From Eledone cirrhosa (taxonomy: Eukaryota): a stretch of DNA of 64,000 nt. The stretch covers positions 21,762,001 through 21,826,000 of the forward strand of contig OZ024748.1 of the NCBI GenBank assembly GCA_964016885.1. The letters run 5' to 3'. Below the pieces are notes generated by a model. The model saw only the letters and a list, made by a program, of their open reading frames with translations, was not told the DNA's origin and did not search any database. The position numbers and the translations under genes are program-made. Shown here piece after piece: positions 23,800 through 35,300 of this stretch. Position 1 is the first letter of the stretch. Each line of letters starts with the position of its first letter.

Positions 23800-24280
23800 C
23801 TGTATACAAATACGTATGTGAATTTCGTATATCTAAAGAAATACGGTATGTTTATAAATAAACATTCTGAAAGCCATAGCTATGAACATAACACTGGCAG
23901 TCAACGCTGCCGAGCGGTGTCTGGCAGAAGCAAGGGGGACAATCGTTGATGCACTAGACTTTGAAATAGGCGAAAATATATAGTTTTTTCATCTGTGTAA
24001 ATGAATCTTTATTTATAAACATACCTCATTTACACAGACGAAAAAACTATATATTTTCGCCTGTTTCAAAGTCCAGTAGTGGCAAGCGGAAGAGACCGTC
24101 CTGATGAGAACCATTTAAGTTTGAAATGCATCAATGGTTGTCCCTCTTGCTTCTGCCAGACACCGCTTGGTGGTGCTGACTGCCAGTGTTATATTCATAG
24201 CTATAGCTTTCAGAATGTTTATTTATAAACATACCGTATTTCTTTAGATATACAAAATTCCCATATATCTATAAATACAT
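23800..24280. mobile_element. Large fold-back element carrying the family D hammerhead-like motif
   Basis: 23800-23953 pairs with 24127-24280, and 23958-24005 pairs with 24025-24074. Confidence 0.75.
24095..24138 (+). ncRNA. Degenerate minimal hammerhead-like motif (family D)
   Basis: accgtc-CTGATGA-gaac catttaa gttt-GAAA-tgca-TC-aatggt; reads as a CpG-decayed CGAAACGCGTC. Confidence 0.5.
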
Positions 24281-24323
24281 ATATATATCCCCAAAGTAAG
24301 TGTCCAGGTGTTAATTTACTCAC

Positions 24324-24384
24324 CTGATGTCCAGGACCCCGCAAAGAAATCGAAGTGACAGCACCATTCAGTTTTATGCTGTTT
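24324..24384 (-). CDS. CFAP52: CFAP52 exon (NSIKLNGAVTSISLRGPGHQ)
   Basis: atgcag acceptor, gtgagt donor; TSI.LRG.GHQ motif. Confidence 0.9.
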
Positions 24385-25424
24385 CTGCATGTGGGAATAT
24401 TAAATAATAATAATAATAATGATGATGGTGATGATGATGATATTTTATTGGCCACAAGGGCCCTAGGCATTGGGGACAATACAAGGATGAATTACAATGC
24501 AAAGTGGGGTTTACATCAAATAAAAAGGGTCGAAATCAACAAAAACTATAAATATAACAAAAGTACCTCAATGGTGGGGGGGGGGGGGGAACCAACCAGG
24601 ATAATTTGGAGCAAAAACCCCATCCAAAGACCCTGAATTACTCTGTATCATTAAAGGTATTGAAAGTGCCCTCTCCCCATGTGTTTTTGTCTTATCTTAG
24701 AAAAGCATTGTTAGAGTAAGTTCATTCTGTTTCATCAATCTCGTGGCCCCTACCCACCTTTCATGAAATACCTTAGAAAGCAGGACCTTCTTCTCCATCC
24801 TCTCACTTTTTTTTTTAAATGAACAATAATAATAATAATGATTTCTACTTTAGACACAAGGCCAACAATTTGGATATAGGGGAAAGTCGACCCCAGTGCA
24901 TTACTGGTGTTATATTTTATTGACCCCATAAGGATGAAAGGTAAAGCTAACTTCAGCAGGATTTAAACTCATGTTTCTACTTTTGGCACACGGCCAGCAA
25001 TTACCCCAGTACATTACTGGTGCTTTATTTTATCAACCTCGTAAGGATGAAAGGCAAAGTTAACCTCGGCGGGATTTGAACTCAGCCCGTAAAGGGGCAT
25101 AACTCTATGCTGCAAAGCATAGTGTCTAACCCCAGGATTTATAAATATATATACCACATGAAGAAAATAGTATTAATAGGCACTGCAGATATACTACGGA
25201 TGAGATATAGAAGAAGAATTTCCCCCAGTACTGGACTAGTAGTTTGTTTTCATCAACCTTTAAAGGATGAAAGGCAAAGTTGACAATGATGGGATATTAA
25301 CAATTTAGAACACATAGAGCCAGAAGGAATACCACAAAGAATTCTATTCAATGTTCTAATAAATCCACTAATTTTTTGACTTAATGATTTAATAAGAAAT
25401 GATAATAGTTTTAATAAAGCTTAC

Positions 25425-25657
25425 TTAGTTCGCTGGAATTTACTGTTTTTGTCCTTAACAATGGCCAAAGTACCATCACCTGCCCCAACCAAATACAGAA
25501 ATTGTCCACCAGTAGATAAATGACACAGGCTTTGAACACCCATTGAGAATATCTTCTTAGGTGGTCCAATAGTGATCAGGGTGGCAGTTTTCATTATTAT
25601 ACACAGGATGTCTCCAGTTGTTGTGCCACAGTAAAAAAAGGAATCATCATTTTCTAT
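25425..25657 (-). CDS. CFAP52: CFAP52 exon (IENDDSFFYCGTTTGDILCIIMKTATLITIGPPKKIFSMGVQSL...FQRT)
   Basis: AG/GT boundaries in phase with neighbours; DDSFFY.GTTTGDIL motif. Confidence 0.92.
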
Positions 25658-25788
25658 CTATTACAAAGAAACACACATATTAATAAATATAAACATCAAT
25701 AGACCAAAATCCAAGAGAGGACACAATAAAAGTTATATATATATATATATATATATACTATAAATTATGTCCATAGAATCATTTGATA

Positions 25789-25884
<96 letters not shown>

Positions 25885-25886
<2 letters not shown>

Positions 25887-28800
25887 CCCCATCTCCCCCC
25901 GCTCCCCACCGCTCCCACCCTCCAAACGCAATCCAAAACTTCAGAGTTGGTACCATAAATGTAGGCACCTTAAAGGGTCGCTCTAACGAGGTTGTAGAAA
26001 TGCTCGAACGTAAGGAGGTCGATGTTTGTTGTATTCAAGAGACCAGGTGGAGGGGTGGGTCTGCTAGATTCATTGAGGGTAAAAAACGATGCTATAAGCT
26101 TTTCTGGGTGGGAAATGACGATGGGCTGGGTGGAGTAGGAATCATGGTAGCAGAAAAGTGGGCAGATAAGATAATAGAGTGAACGACAGAATAATTAAAA
26201 TAAGACTTGTCCTCAATAGAACTACGGTGACAGTAATATCTGCGTACGCACCCCAATCCGGACTGCCCGGCACTAAAAAGACAGATTCTATGAGACACTG
26301 ATGCTCACTACCTCCCAAATAACCGACAGTGACTATATAATTATTGCAGGTGACCTAAATGGTCACGTTGGACAACATTGTGATGGCTACGACGAAATCC
26401 ATGGAGGCTATGGGTTTGGGACTAGAAATGAGGAAGGCTCCAGAATCCTGGAATTCTGTGACGCAAATAACCTAACTATCTGTAACACTAACTTCAAAAA
26501 ACCTGACAATCACCTGATCACCTATAGATCCGGGGAACACACAAGCCAGGTAGATTATATCCTTACCAGAAGACGTGACAGAGTGTCTGTTGTAAACACT
26601 AAATCCCTCCCCCATGAAGAATGCACCTCCCAACATAGACTGATAATTAGCGACCTAATAGTCAGGACGAGACGTACTAGACAACAGAAGAGGACTATCC
26701 TCAGGAGAAAAATATGGAAGCTAAAGGACCCCACAGCCAGAAATAAATTTAAAAGCATACTACTTGATGCTTTCGACAGTAAGGAAGAGCAATTAGAGTC
26801 GTACAATATAGAGGAGCAGTGGGAATTCCTGAAAGCAAACCTGCTGATGGCGGTAGACGAAGTCTGTGGCTGGAGCAGGCCTGTAGGCAGGAGGAGAGTA
26901 ACATGGTGGTGGAACAGTAAGGTGGAGGGGTCAATTAAGGCCAAAAAGCAGGCTTGGAAAGTATGGCGGGATGGGGGAAGTAGAGAAGACTATCAAGTGG
27001 CCAAGAGGGAAGCTAGGAGACAAGTGTACTTCGCAAGAAGGGAAGCAGAGGAAAGAAGAAGCAGAGGAAAGAAAGTTCAAGCATGTTCTACAACGCGAGG
27101 ACCAAAAACGTGAGGTGTTCAGGATTGCTAGGCAATGTGTCAAGGAAAACCGTGATATTGTCGGGGAGAAGTGTGTACTTAATGATGACGGCGTACTTGC
27201 CATCACCAACGCTGATAAGAAGGTAGATTGGAAGTGTCACTATGAAAGGCTACTAAATGAGGAGAATAAATGGGAGAAAGACAGTCTCCCCCACATCGAT
27301 CCAATAGAGGGACCAGCAGTGTTAGTCGAGGGTAGTATAATAAGTAAGGCAATCAAGGATATGAAGACGGGTAAGGCAGCTGGGCCTTCGGAAATAGTTG
27401 CTGAGATGCTGAAGGCATCTGGCACGGTGGGACACACCATGGTCACCCGGATAGTTAACCAAGTCGTACAGAATGGGGTTGTTCCGAAGGACTGGCGTAG
27501 CAGCATCATCGTTAACTGTTATAAGGGTAAAGGAGATGCCCTAGATAGGAGTAACTATAGAGGCATTAAATTAATCGACCAGGTCATGAAGGTCACGGAA
27601 AAAGTAATAGCGCAACTAATCAGAGAGAGAATTGACCTAGAGGAAATGCAGTTCGGGTTTGTGTCAGGCAAAAGTACCACAGACGCTCTTTTCATTGTAT
27701 GACAACTACAGGAGAAGTACCTAGCTAAAAGTAAACCCCTATACTTAGCTTTTATCGACTTGGAGAAAGCCTTCGACAGAGTCCCCCGTTCCATTATCTG
27801 GTGGGCTCTTAGAAAACTAGGTGTCGACGAATGGCTTGTGAGAGCTATACAAGCCATGTATAAAGAAACAGTCAGCAAGGTTAGAATTAACAACGAATAT
27901 AGTGAAGAGTTTAGCGTAAAAGTTGGCGTCCATCAGGGCTCTGTTCTCAGCCCCCTACTATTTATTATTGCCCTTCAGGCTATAACAGAGGAGTTCAAGA
28001 CCGGCTGCCCATGGGAACTCCTATACGCAGATGACCTAACACTCATAGCTGAATCAATGGCCGAGCTAGAGAAGAAATTCCAAACATGGAAGCACGGCCT
28101 AGAATCAAAAGGCCTTAAAATTAACCTGGCTAAGACCAAAGTTCTAGTTTGTAGGAAAGAAAATAAGGCGGCGGTCCCTTCCGGGAAGTGGCCATGCTCA
28201 GTGTGTAGGAAAGGCGTAGGTAGAAACTCCATTTTGTGTCAGAAATGCAAAGTATGGGTGCATAAAAGATGTAGTGGGATCACAGGTAAGCTAACTAAGA
28301 ACATAGATTTCACATGTGGCCGGTGCTCTGGTGCAATAAGTAGCAGCAAGTGCCCACAAAATACTAGCTCTTTCAACTGCGCAGAGGGCTCTATAGAAAT
28401 AGTGGACAGCTTCCGTTACCTGGGTCACAAAATCAGCAGTGGGGGAGGGTGCTCTGAAAGTACAGTAGCTAGAGTCAGAACTGGATGAAAAAAGTTCAGA
28501 GAGCTTATACCACTATTAGCCGCTAAAGGGTTCTCCCTAAAAATGAAAGGCAGGTTGTATGATGCCTGCATACGAACAGCAATGCTGCATGGCAGTGAGA
28601 CCTGGGCATTGTGTGCAGAGGATATACGCAGACTAGAGAGGAACGAAGCTTGCATGCTCCGCTGGATGTGTAATAGTAATATACATGAACGGCAAAGCAT
28701 AAACGAACTAAGGAAAAAATTAGAAATAAGAGGGATCAGATGTTGTTTACTCGAGAGAAGGCTACGTTGGTATGGACACGTGATGCGCATGAAAGTCGAT

Positions 28801-29353
28801 AGCTGTATAACAAAGTGCAGAGCAATAAAGATAGACGGTAGCCACGGAATAGGCAGACCTAGAAAAACCTGGGACGAGCTGATAAACTCCGACCTCACAC
28901 ACTTACACCTCTCCAAGACAATGTCACTGGACCGAGACCTTTGGCGGTACTCAGTAACAGAGAAGACCCGCCTTACCTAAATACATAGTAAAACCTACTA
29001 CAGTCAGTAGGCATCTCTAACAAAATACACCCCCATCCCACCACCCCCACCCCATCCACACCGCCCCCTTCTATGTAAAGTTATGTTGGTGCCACACCAT
29101 CCAGGCCGAAACAAATGAGATCGTGTAGGTGTCACGACAAAAAAACACACAGTCCACGCTGTAATGTGGCCGTGTAGGCAACACGGTAAAAACCTCCCAG
29201 ACCCACACTGTAAATGTGGTTGGTGTTAGGAAGGGCATCCAACTGTAGAAAACCTGCCAGACAGTCCTATGCGAGCAAGACAATCACTCTTGCCTCAAGT
29301 GGGAAAACCCCCGTCCAAACCCATGCAAGCGTGGAACACGGACGTTAAACGTT
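25885..29353 (+). mobile_element. Near-full-length disabled RTE-clade LINE (APE endonuclease, RT, PHD-like finger, 3' UTR), antisense in a CFAP52 intron
   Basis: CCIQETRW, GDLNGHVG and SQVDYIL (APE); NYRGIKL, QFGF, DLEKAFD, GVHQGSVLSP and YADDL (RT). Frameshifts near 26180, 26300 and 27060 (short duplication); in-frame stops at 27700 and 28486. Confidence 0.95.
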
Positions 29354-29398
29354 TCGTGATTTCGAGGGACAAAAGTTTGGCCTAAATGGGTTGAGAAC

Positions 29399-30830
29399 CT
29401 GTGTTGTAGAACATGCTTGAACTTTCTGTCCTCTGCTTCCCTTCTTGCAAAATACATTTGTCTCCTAGCCACTTGATAGTGTTCTCTACTTCCCCCATCC
29501 CGCCATACTTTCCAAGCCTGCTTTTTGGCCTTAATTGACTCCTCCACCTTACTGTTCCACCACCAAGTTACTCTCCTCCTGCCTATAGATCTGCTCCAGC
29601 CACAGATTTCATCTGTCACCTTCAGCAGGTTAACTTTCAAGAATTCCCACTGTTCCTCTATATTGTATGTCTCTAATTGCTCTTCCTTACTGTCAAAAGC
29701 ATCAAGTAATTAAACAAAAAAAAATAATAATGAAATTATTGTGTAAAGTGCTCAGGTGCACTACAACTCGTCAAAGGTGCATGTATATAAGTAAGAAAAC
29801 AGCACAGTTCCCATGACTTTCGGAAACATTTTTTCACGCTCAGAGTTGCTGAAGCATGGAACAAACTACCTGCATCAGTTGTTAGCTGTCGAGACACTGC
29901 ATCCTTTAAGGCCTCCATGCTTCCCGAGATCCGCCAACACTACAGCTAACACATACAAACATGTACTTCCCTGACATTTGTGTATTATTCTATGTACTAT
30001 ATTGACGAGTTGTAGTGCACCTGAGCACTTTACACAATAATTTCATTATTTATTTATAGTACATAGAATAATACACAAATGTCAGGGAAGTGAATAGTGT
30101 ATGAGTCATGGTATACATGTGTGTATGTGTATGGAGGGGGAACATTAGGTGTAGTGTTGGCGAATCTCGGGAAGCATGGAGGCCTTAAAGGATACAGTGT
30201 CTCGACAGCTAACAACCGATGCACGTAATTTGTTCCATGCTTCAGCAACTCTGAGCGTGAAAAAATGTTTCCGAAAGTCATGGGAACTGTGCTGTTTTCT
30301 GATTTTGTGGGCATGCCTACGTGTGTTAGACACATGGAAATCAAAATATGCATTTAAATTTGTTACTGGCTGTGGGGACCTTCAACTTCCATATTCTTTG
30401 TCCTCAGGGTAGTCCTCCTCTGTCGTCGAGTACGTCTAGTCCTGACTATGAGGTCACTAACTATGAGGCTAAGTTGGGAGGTGCATTCTTCACGGGGGAG
30501 GGATTTAGTGTTTACAACAGACATTCTGTCATGTCTTCTAGTAAGGATATAATCTATCTGGCTGGCGTGTTCCCCTGATCTATAGGTGATCAAGTGATTG
30601 TCTCGTTTTTTAAAGTTTGTGTTACAGATAGTTAGGTTATTAGCGTCACAGAATTCCAGGATTCTGAAGCCTTCCTCATTTCTAGTACTAAACCCATAGC
30701 CTCCATGTATTCCATCATAGCCATCACAATGTTGTCCAACATGACCCTTTAGGTCGCCAGCAATAATTATGTAGTCACTGTCGGTTATTTGGGAGGCAGT
30801 GAGCATTAGTGACTCATAGAATCTGTCTTT
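29399..30830 (-). mobile_element. Second RTE fragment (inverted) interrupted by nested CR1 3' ends at 29710-30346
   Basis: 30347-30830 and 29399-29709 join seamlessly against 26280-27090. The insert is a minus-strand CR1 end split by a plus-strand CR1 end (about 29790-30054). Confidence 0.85.
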
Positions 30831-31756
30831 ATATATGCCTGTGTATATATGTCTTTTGTAAATTGATATCTGTTGGTTTTGATGGTGAGTGTTTCAGTTG
30901 CTCATTGAATGAAACAGCCTACTCTTTAAATTAATGTGTAAGTGGTTGAGTATTCCAAACTGCCTGAAACTGTCCTTGGTTCTATGATATAGAGATGTAT
31001 AGAACTGAAATAGAAATAGAAGCTTCACCATAACATTGACTAAATAACATAATTTAATAATGGGGCATATAAACCTACAGATAACTATCTTTTTTCCGTT
31101 CAGTGAGTTTATACGTCCCATTATTAAACTATATTATTTAGTCAATGTCAGATGCCATGCTTTGCAGTATAGAGTTACGGCCCTTTACAGTATGAGTTCA
31201 AATCCCGCTGAAGTTAACTCTGCCTTTCATCCTTACGGGGTCGATAAAATAAAACACCAGTAATGCCAAAAGTAGAAACAATTATTTAGTCAATGTTACA
31301 GCAAAGCTTCTATTTTTATTTCAATTCTAAATTTTGCTCACTGCAGTCAAAACATACTTCCTTTATAAAGATGTATATTTTAAAGTGTGTATATATAACT
31401 AAAAACCTTCTATCATAATTTTATGTAAGAGCATTTGTTAAGTTATGTTTGATAATGAGAAAATTAGTTATATTACTAAATTTCTCCAAGTTCTTTATTA
31501 ATTTCAAAATTATAAGCAAATCAAGGGCAGTGCCCCAGCATGGCCTCAGCCGAATAGCTGGAACAGGTAAAAGAGTAAATCATAGGCTGTTTTTTTCATT
31601 AAAAATATGGTAACAGAAGGGTTATAAACAAAAGTAACCACAAAGTCACACACCTCCACACCACAATACAGCATCTACTTGTTTTTAATATACCCTAAAC
31701 ATATCAATCCAGAATTTAACAATGAAATACAGTAAAGAAATGTGGACAGTACTTAC

Positions 31757-31856
31757 ATCAAGACAATGTATAATTCGTTTATAGGGACCTACATTAACCT
31801 CAGTTGGCCTAATTTTACGGTTTTTCACATCAAGACTCCATATACGAAGGCAATAC
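31757..31856 (-). CDS. CFAP52: CFAP52/WDR16 internal exon, most 5' one found (YCLRIWSLDVKNRKIRPTEVNVGPYKRIIHCLD)
   Basis: cttcag acceptor and gtaagt donor on the minus strand; resembles the vertebrate CFAP52 segment IRVWELDLPNRKIWPTE..KRI (recalled). Confidence 0.9.
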
Positions 31857-32380
31857 CTGAAGTTAAAAATGAAAATATTTCATCTAAAAATTGGTTCTGT
31901 TCCTTCATCACAAAATATCTCTTATGGCATTTCCGATTATTTAAGGAATGTCCCTGTTTTTTCACAACATCTCTTCCAAGTACCGGTATCATCAATATTG
32001 TTTGACTCTAGTAGCTGATAGCCACAATCCTCCCTCTACCTATTGCAGATTTCATAATCAGTTGTGGCCCCGTGTTCAGGTGATTAGCCCCTGGTGTGAA
32101 TCTCACAGGTGGAATTTGCACTCAGAACACACAGAGCCAGAACAAGGAAATTCAGCATGACACAAAGTGTGACAAGGTTGACTCTTGAATTACTGGAGCA
32201 ATGTGAAATAAAGTGCCTTGCTCAAGAACACATTGAACTTCCAAGGCCAGGAATTGAACTCGCTACTTATGATCACGAACCCAGCAACCTAACCACTATG
32301 CCATGTGCCTTCATATGGTAGTACTGATGTTAATGGGAAGTGGTGTAATGAAGCTTGTGTCATTGGTAGTGCTGGTAGAA

Positions 32381-35300
32381 AGTATTGATGGTATCAGGGA
32401 ATGGTGTAATATAGCTTGTGTCAGTAGTGGTACTGATGGTATCAGGGAATGGTGTAATATAGCTTGTGTCAGTAGTGGTATTGATGGTATCAGGGAATGG
32501 TGTAATATAGCTTGAGTCAGTAGTGGTATTGATGGTATCAGGGAATGGTGTAATATAGCTTGAGTCAGTAGTGGTATTGATGGTATCAGGGAATGGTGTA
32601 ATATAGCTTGTGTCAGGGTGGTATTGATGGTATCAGGGAATGGTGTAATATAGCTTGAGTCAGTAGTGGTATTGATGGTATCAGGGAATGGTGTAATATA
32701 GCTTGTGTCAGTAGTGGTATTGATGGTATCAGGGAATGGTGTAATATAGCTTGAGTCAGTAGTGGTACTGATGGTATCAGGGAATGGTGTAATATAGCTT
32801 GTGTCAGTAGTGGTATTGATGGTATCAGGGAATGGTGTAATATAGCTTGTGTCAGGGTGGTATTGATGGTATCAGGGAATGGTGTAATATAGCTTGAGTC
32901 AGTAGTGGTATTGATGGTATCAGGGAATGGTGTAATATAGCTTGTGTCAGTAGTGGTATTGATGGTATCAGGGAATGGTGTAATATAGCTTGTGTCAGTA
33001 GTGGTATTGATGGTATCAGGGAATGGTGTAATATAGCTTGAGTCAGTAGTGGTATTGATGGTATCAGGGAATGGTGTAATATAGCTTGTGTCAGGGTGGT
33101 ATTGATGGTATCAGGGAATGGTGTAATATAGCTTGAGTCAGTAGTGGTATTGATGGTATCAGGGAATGGTGTAATATAGCTTGTGTCAGTAGTGGTATTG
33201 ATGGTATTAGGGAATGGTGTAATATAGCTTGTGTCAGTAGTGGTACTGATGGTATCAGGGAATGGTGTAATATAGCTTGTGTCAGTAGTGGTATTGATGG
33301 TATCAGGGAATGGTGTAATATAGCTTGTGTCAGTAGTGGTATTGATGGTATCAGGGAATGGTGTAATATAGCTTGTGTCAGTAGTGGTATTGATGGTATC
33401 AGGGAATGGTGTAATATAGCTTGTGTCAGTAGTGGTATTGATGGTATCAGGGAATGGTGTAATATAGCTTGTGTCAGTAGTGGTATTGATGGTATCAGGG
33501 AATGGTGTAATATAGCTTGTGTCAGTAGTGGTATTGATGGTATCAGGGAATGGTGTAATATAGCTTGTGTCAGTAGTGGTATTGATGGTATCAGGGAATG
33601 GTGTAATATAGCTTGTGTCAGTAGTGGTACTGATGGTATCAGGGAATGGTGTAATATAGCTTGTGTCAGTAGTGGTAATGATGGTATCAGGGAATGGTGT
33701 AATGTAGCTTGTGTCAGTAGTGGTATTGATGGTATCAGGGAATGGTGTAATATAGCTTGAGTCAGTAGTGGTATTGATGGTATCAGGGAATGGTGTAATA
33801 TAGCTTGAGTCAGTAGTGGTACTGATGGTATCAGGGAATGGTGTAATATAGCTTGTGTCAGTAGTGGTATTGATGGTATCAGGGAATGGTGTAATATAGC
33901 TTGTGTCAGTAGTGGTATTGATGGTATCAGGGAATGGTGTAATATAGCTTGAGTCAGTAGTGGTACTGATGGTATCAGGGAATGGTGTAATATAGCTTGA
34001 GTCAGTAGTGGTACTGATGGTATCAGGGAATGGTGTAATATAGCTTGTGTCAGTAGTGGTATTGATGGTATCAGGGAATGGTGTAATATAGCTTGAGTCA
34101 GTAGTGGTACTGATGGTATCAGGGAATGGTGTAATATAGCTTGTGTCAGTAGTGGTATTGATGGTATCAGGGAATGGTGTAATATAGCTTGTGTCAGTAG
34201 TGGTACTGATGGTATCAGGGAATGGTGTAATATAGCTTGTGTCAGTAGTGGTATTGATGGTATCAGGGAATGGTGTAATATAGCTTGAGTCAGTAGTGGT
34301 ATTGATGGTATCAGGGAATGGTGTAATATAGCTTGTGTCAGTAGTGGTATCGATGGTATCAGGGAATGGTGTAATATAGCTTGTGTCAGTAGTGGTACTG
34401 ATGGTATCAGGGAATGGTGTAATATAGCTTGTGTCAGTAGTGGTATTGATGGTATCAGGGAATGGTGTAATATAGCTTGTGACAGTAGTGGTATTGATGG
34501 TATCAGGGAATGGTGTAATATAGCTTGTGTCAGTAGTGGTACTGATGGTATCAGGGAATGGTGTAATATAGCTTGTGTCAGTAGTGGTATTGATGGTATC
34601 AGGGAATGGTGTAATATAGCTTGTGTCAGTAGTGGTACTGATGGTATCAGGGAATGGTGTAATATAGCTTGTGTCAGTAGTGGTATTGATGGTATCAGGG
34701 AATGGTGTAATATAGCTTGAGTCAGTAGTGGTATTGATGGTATCAGGGAATGGTGTAATATAGCTTGTGTCAGTAGTGGTACTGATGGTATCAGGGAATG
34801 GTGTAATATAGCTTGTGTCAGTAGTGGTATTGATGGTATCAGGGAATGGTGTAATATAGCTTGTGTCAGTAGTGGTATCGATGGTATCAGGGAATGGTGT
34901 AATATAGCTTGTGTCAGTAGTGGTACTGATGGTATCAGGGAATGGTGTAATATAGCTTGTGTCAGTAGTGGTATTGATGGTATCAGGGAATGGTGTAATA
35001 TAGCTTGTGTCAGTAGTGGTACTGATGGTATCAGGGAATGGTGTAATATAGCTTGTGTCAGTAGTGGTATTGATGGTATCAGGGAATGGTGTAATATAGC
35101 TTGAGTCAGTAGTGGTATTGATGGTATCAGGGAATGGTGTAATATAGCTTGTGTCAGTAGTGGTATCGATGGTATCAGGGAATGGTGTAATATAGCTTGT
35201 GTCAGTAGTGGTACTGATGGTATCAGGGAATGGTGTAATATAGCTTGTGTCAGTAGTGGTATTGATGGTATTAGGGAATGGTGTAATATAGCTTGTGTCA

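Noticed and set aside
32381-32430. Common origin of the two 48-bp arrays (gtggtattgatggtatca vs gtggtcgagatggtgtca)
   Set aside because: Similarity covers only about 18 nt and the remaining 30 nt do not align; equal unit length may be coincidence.
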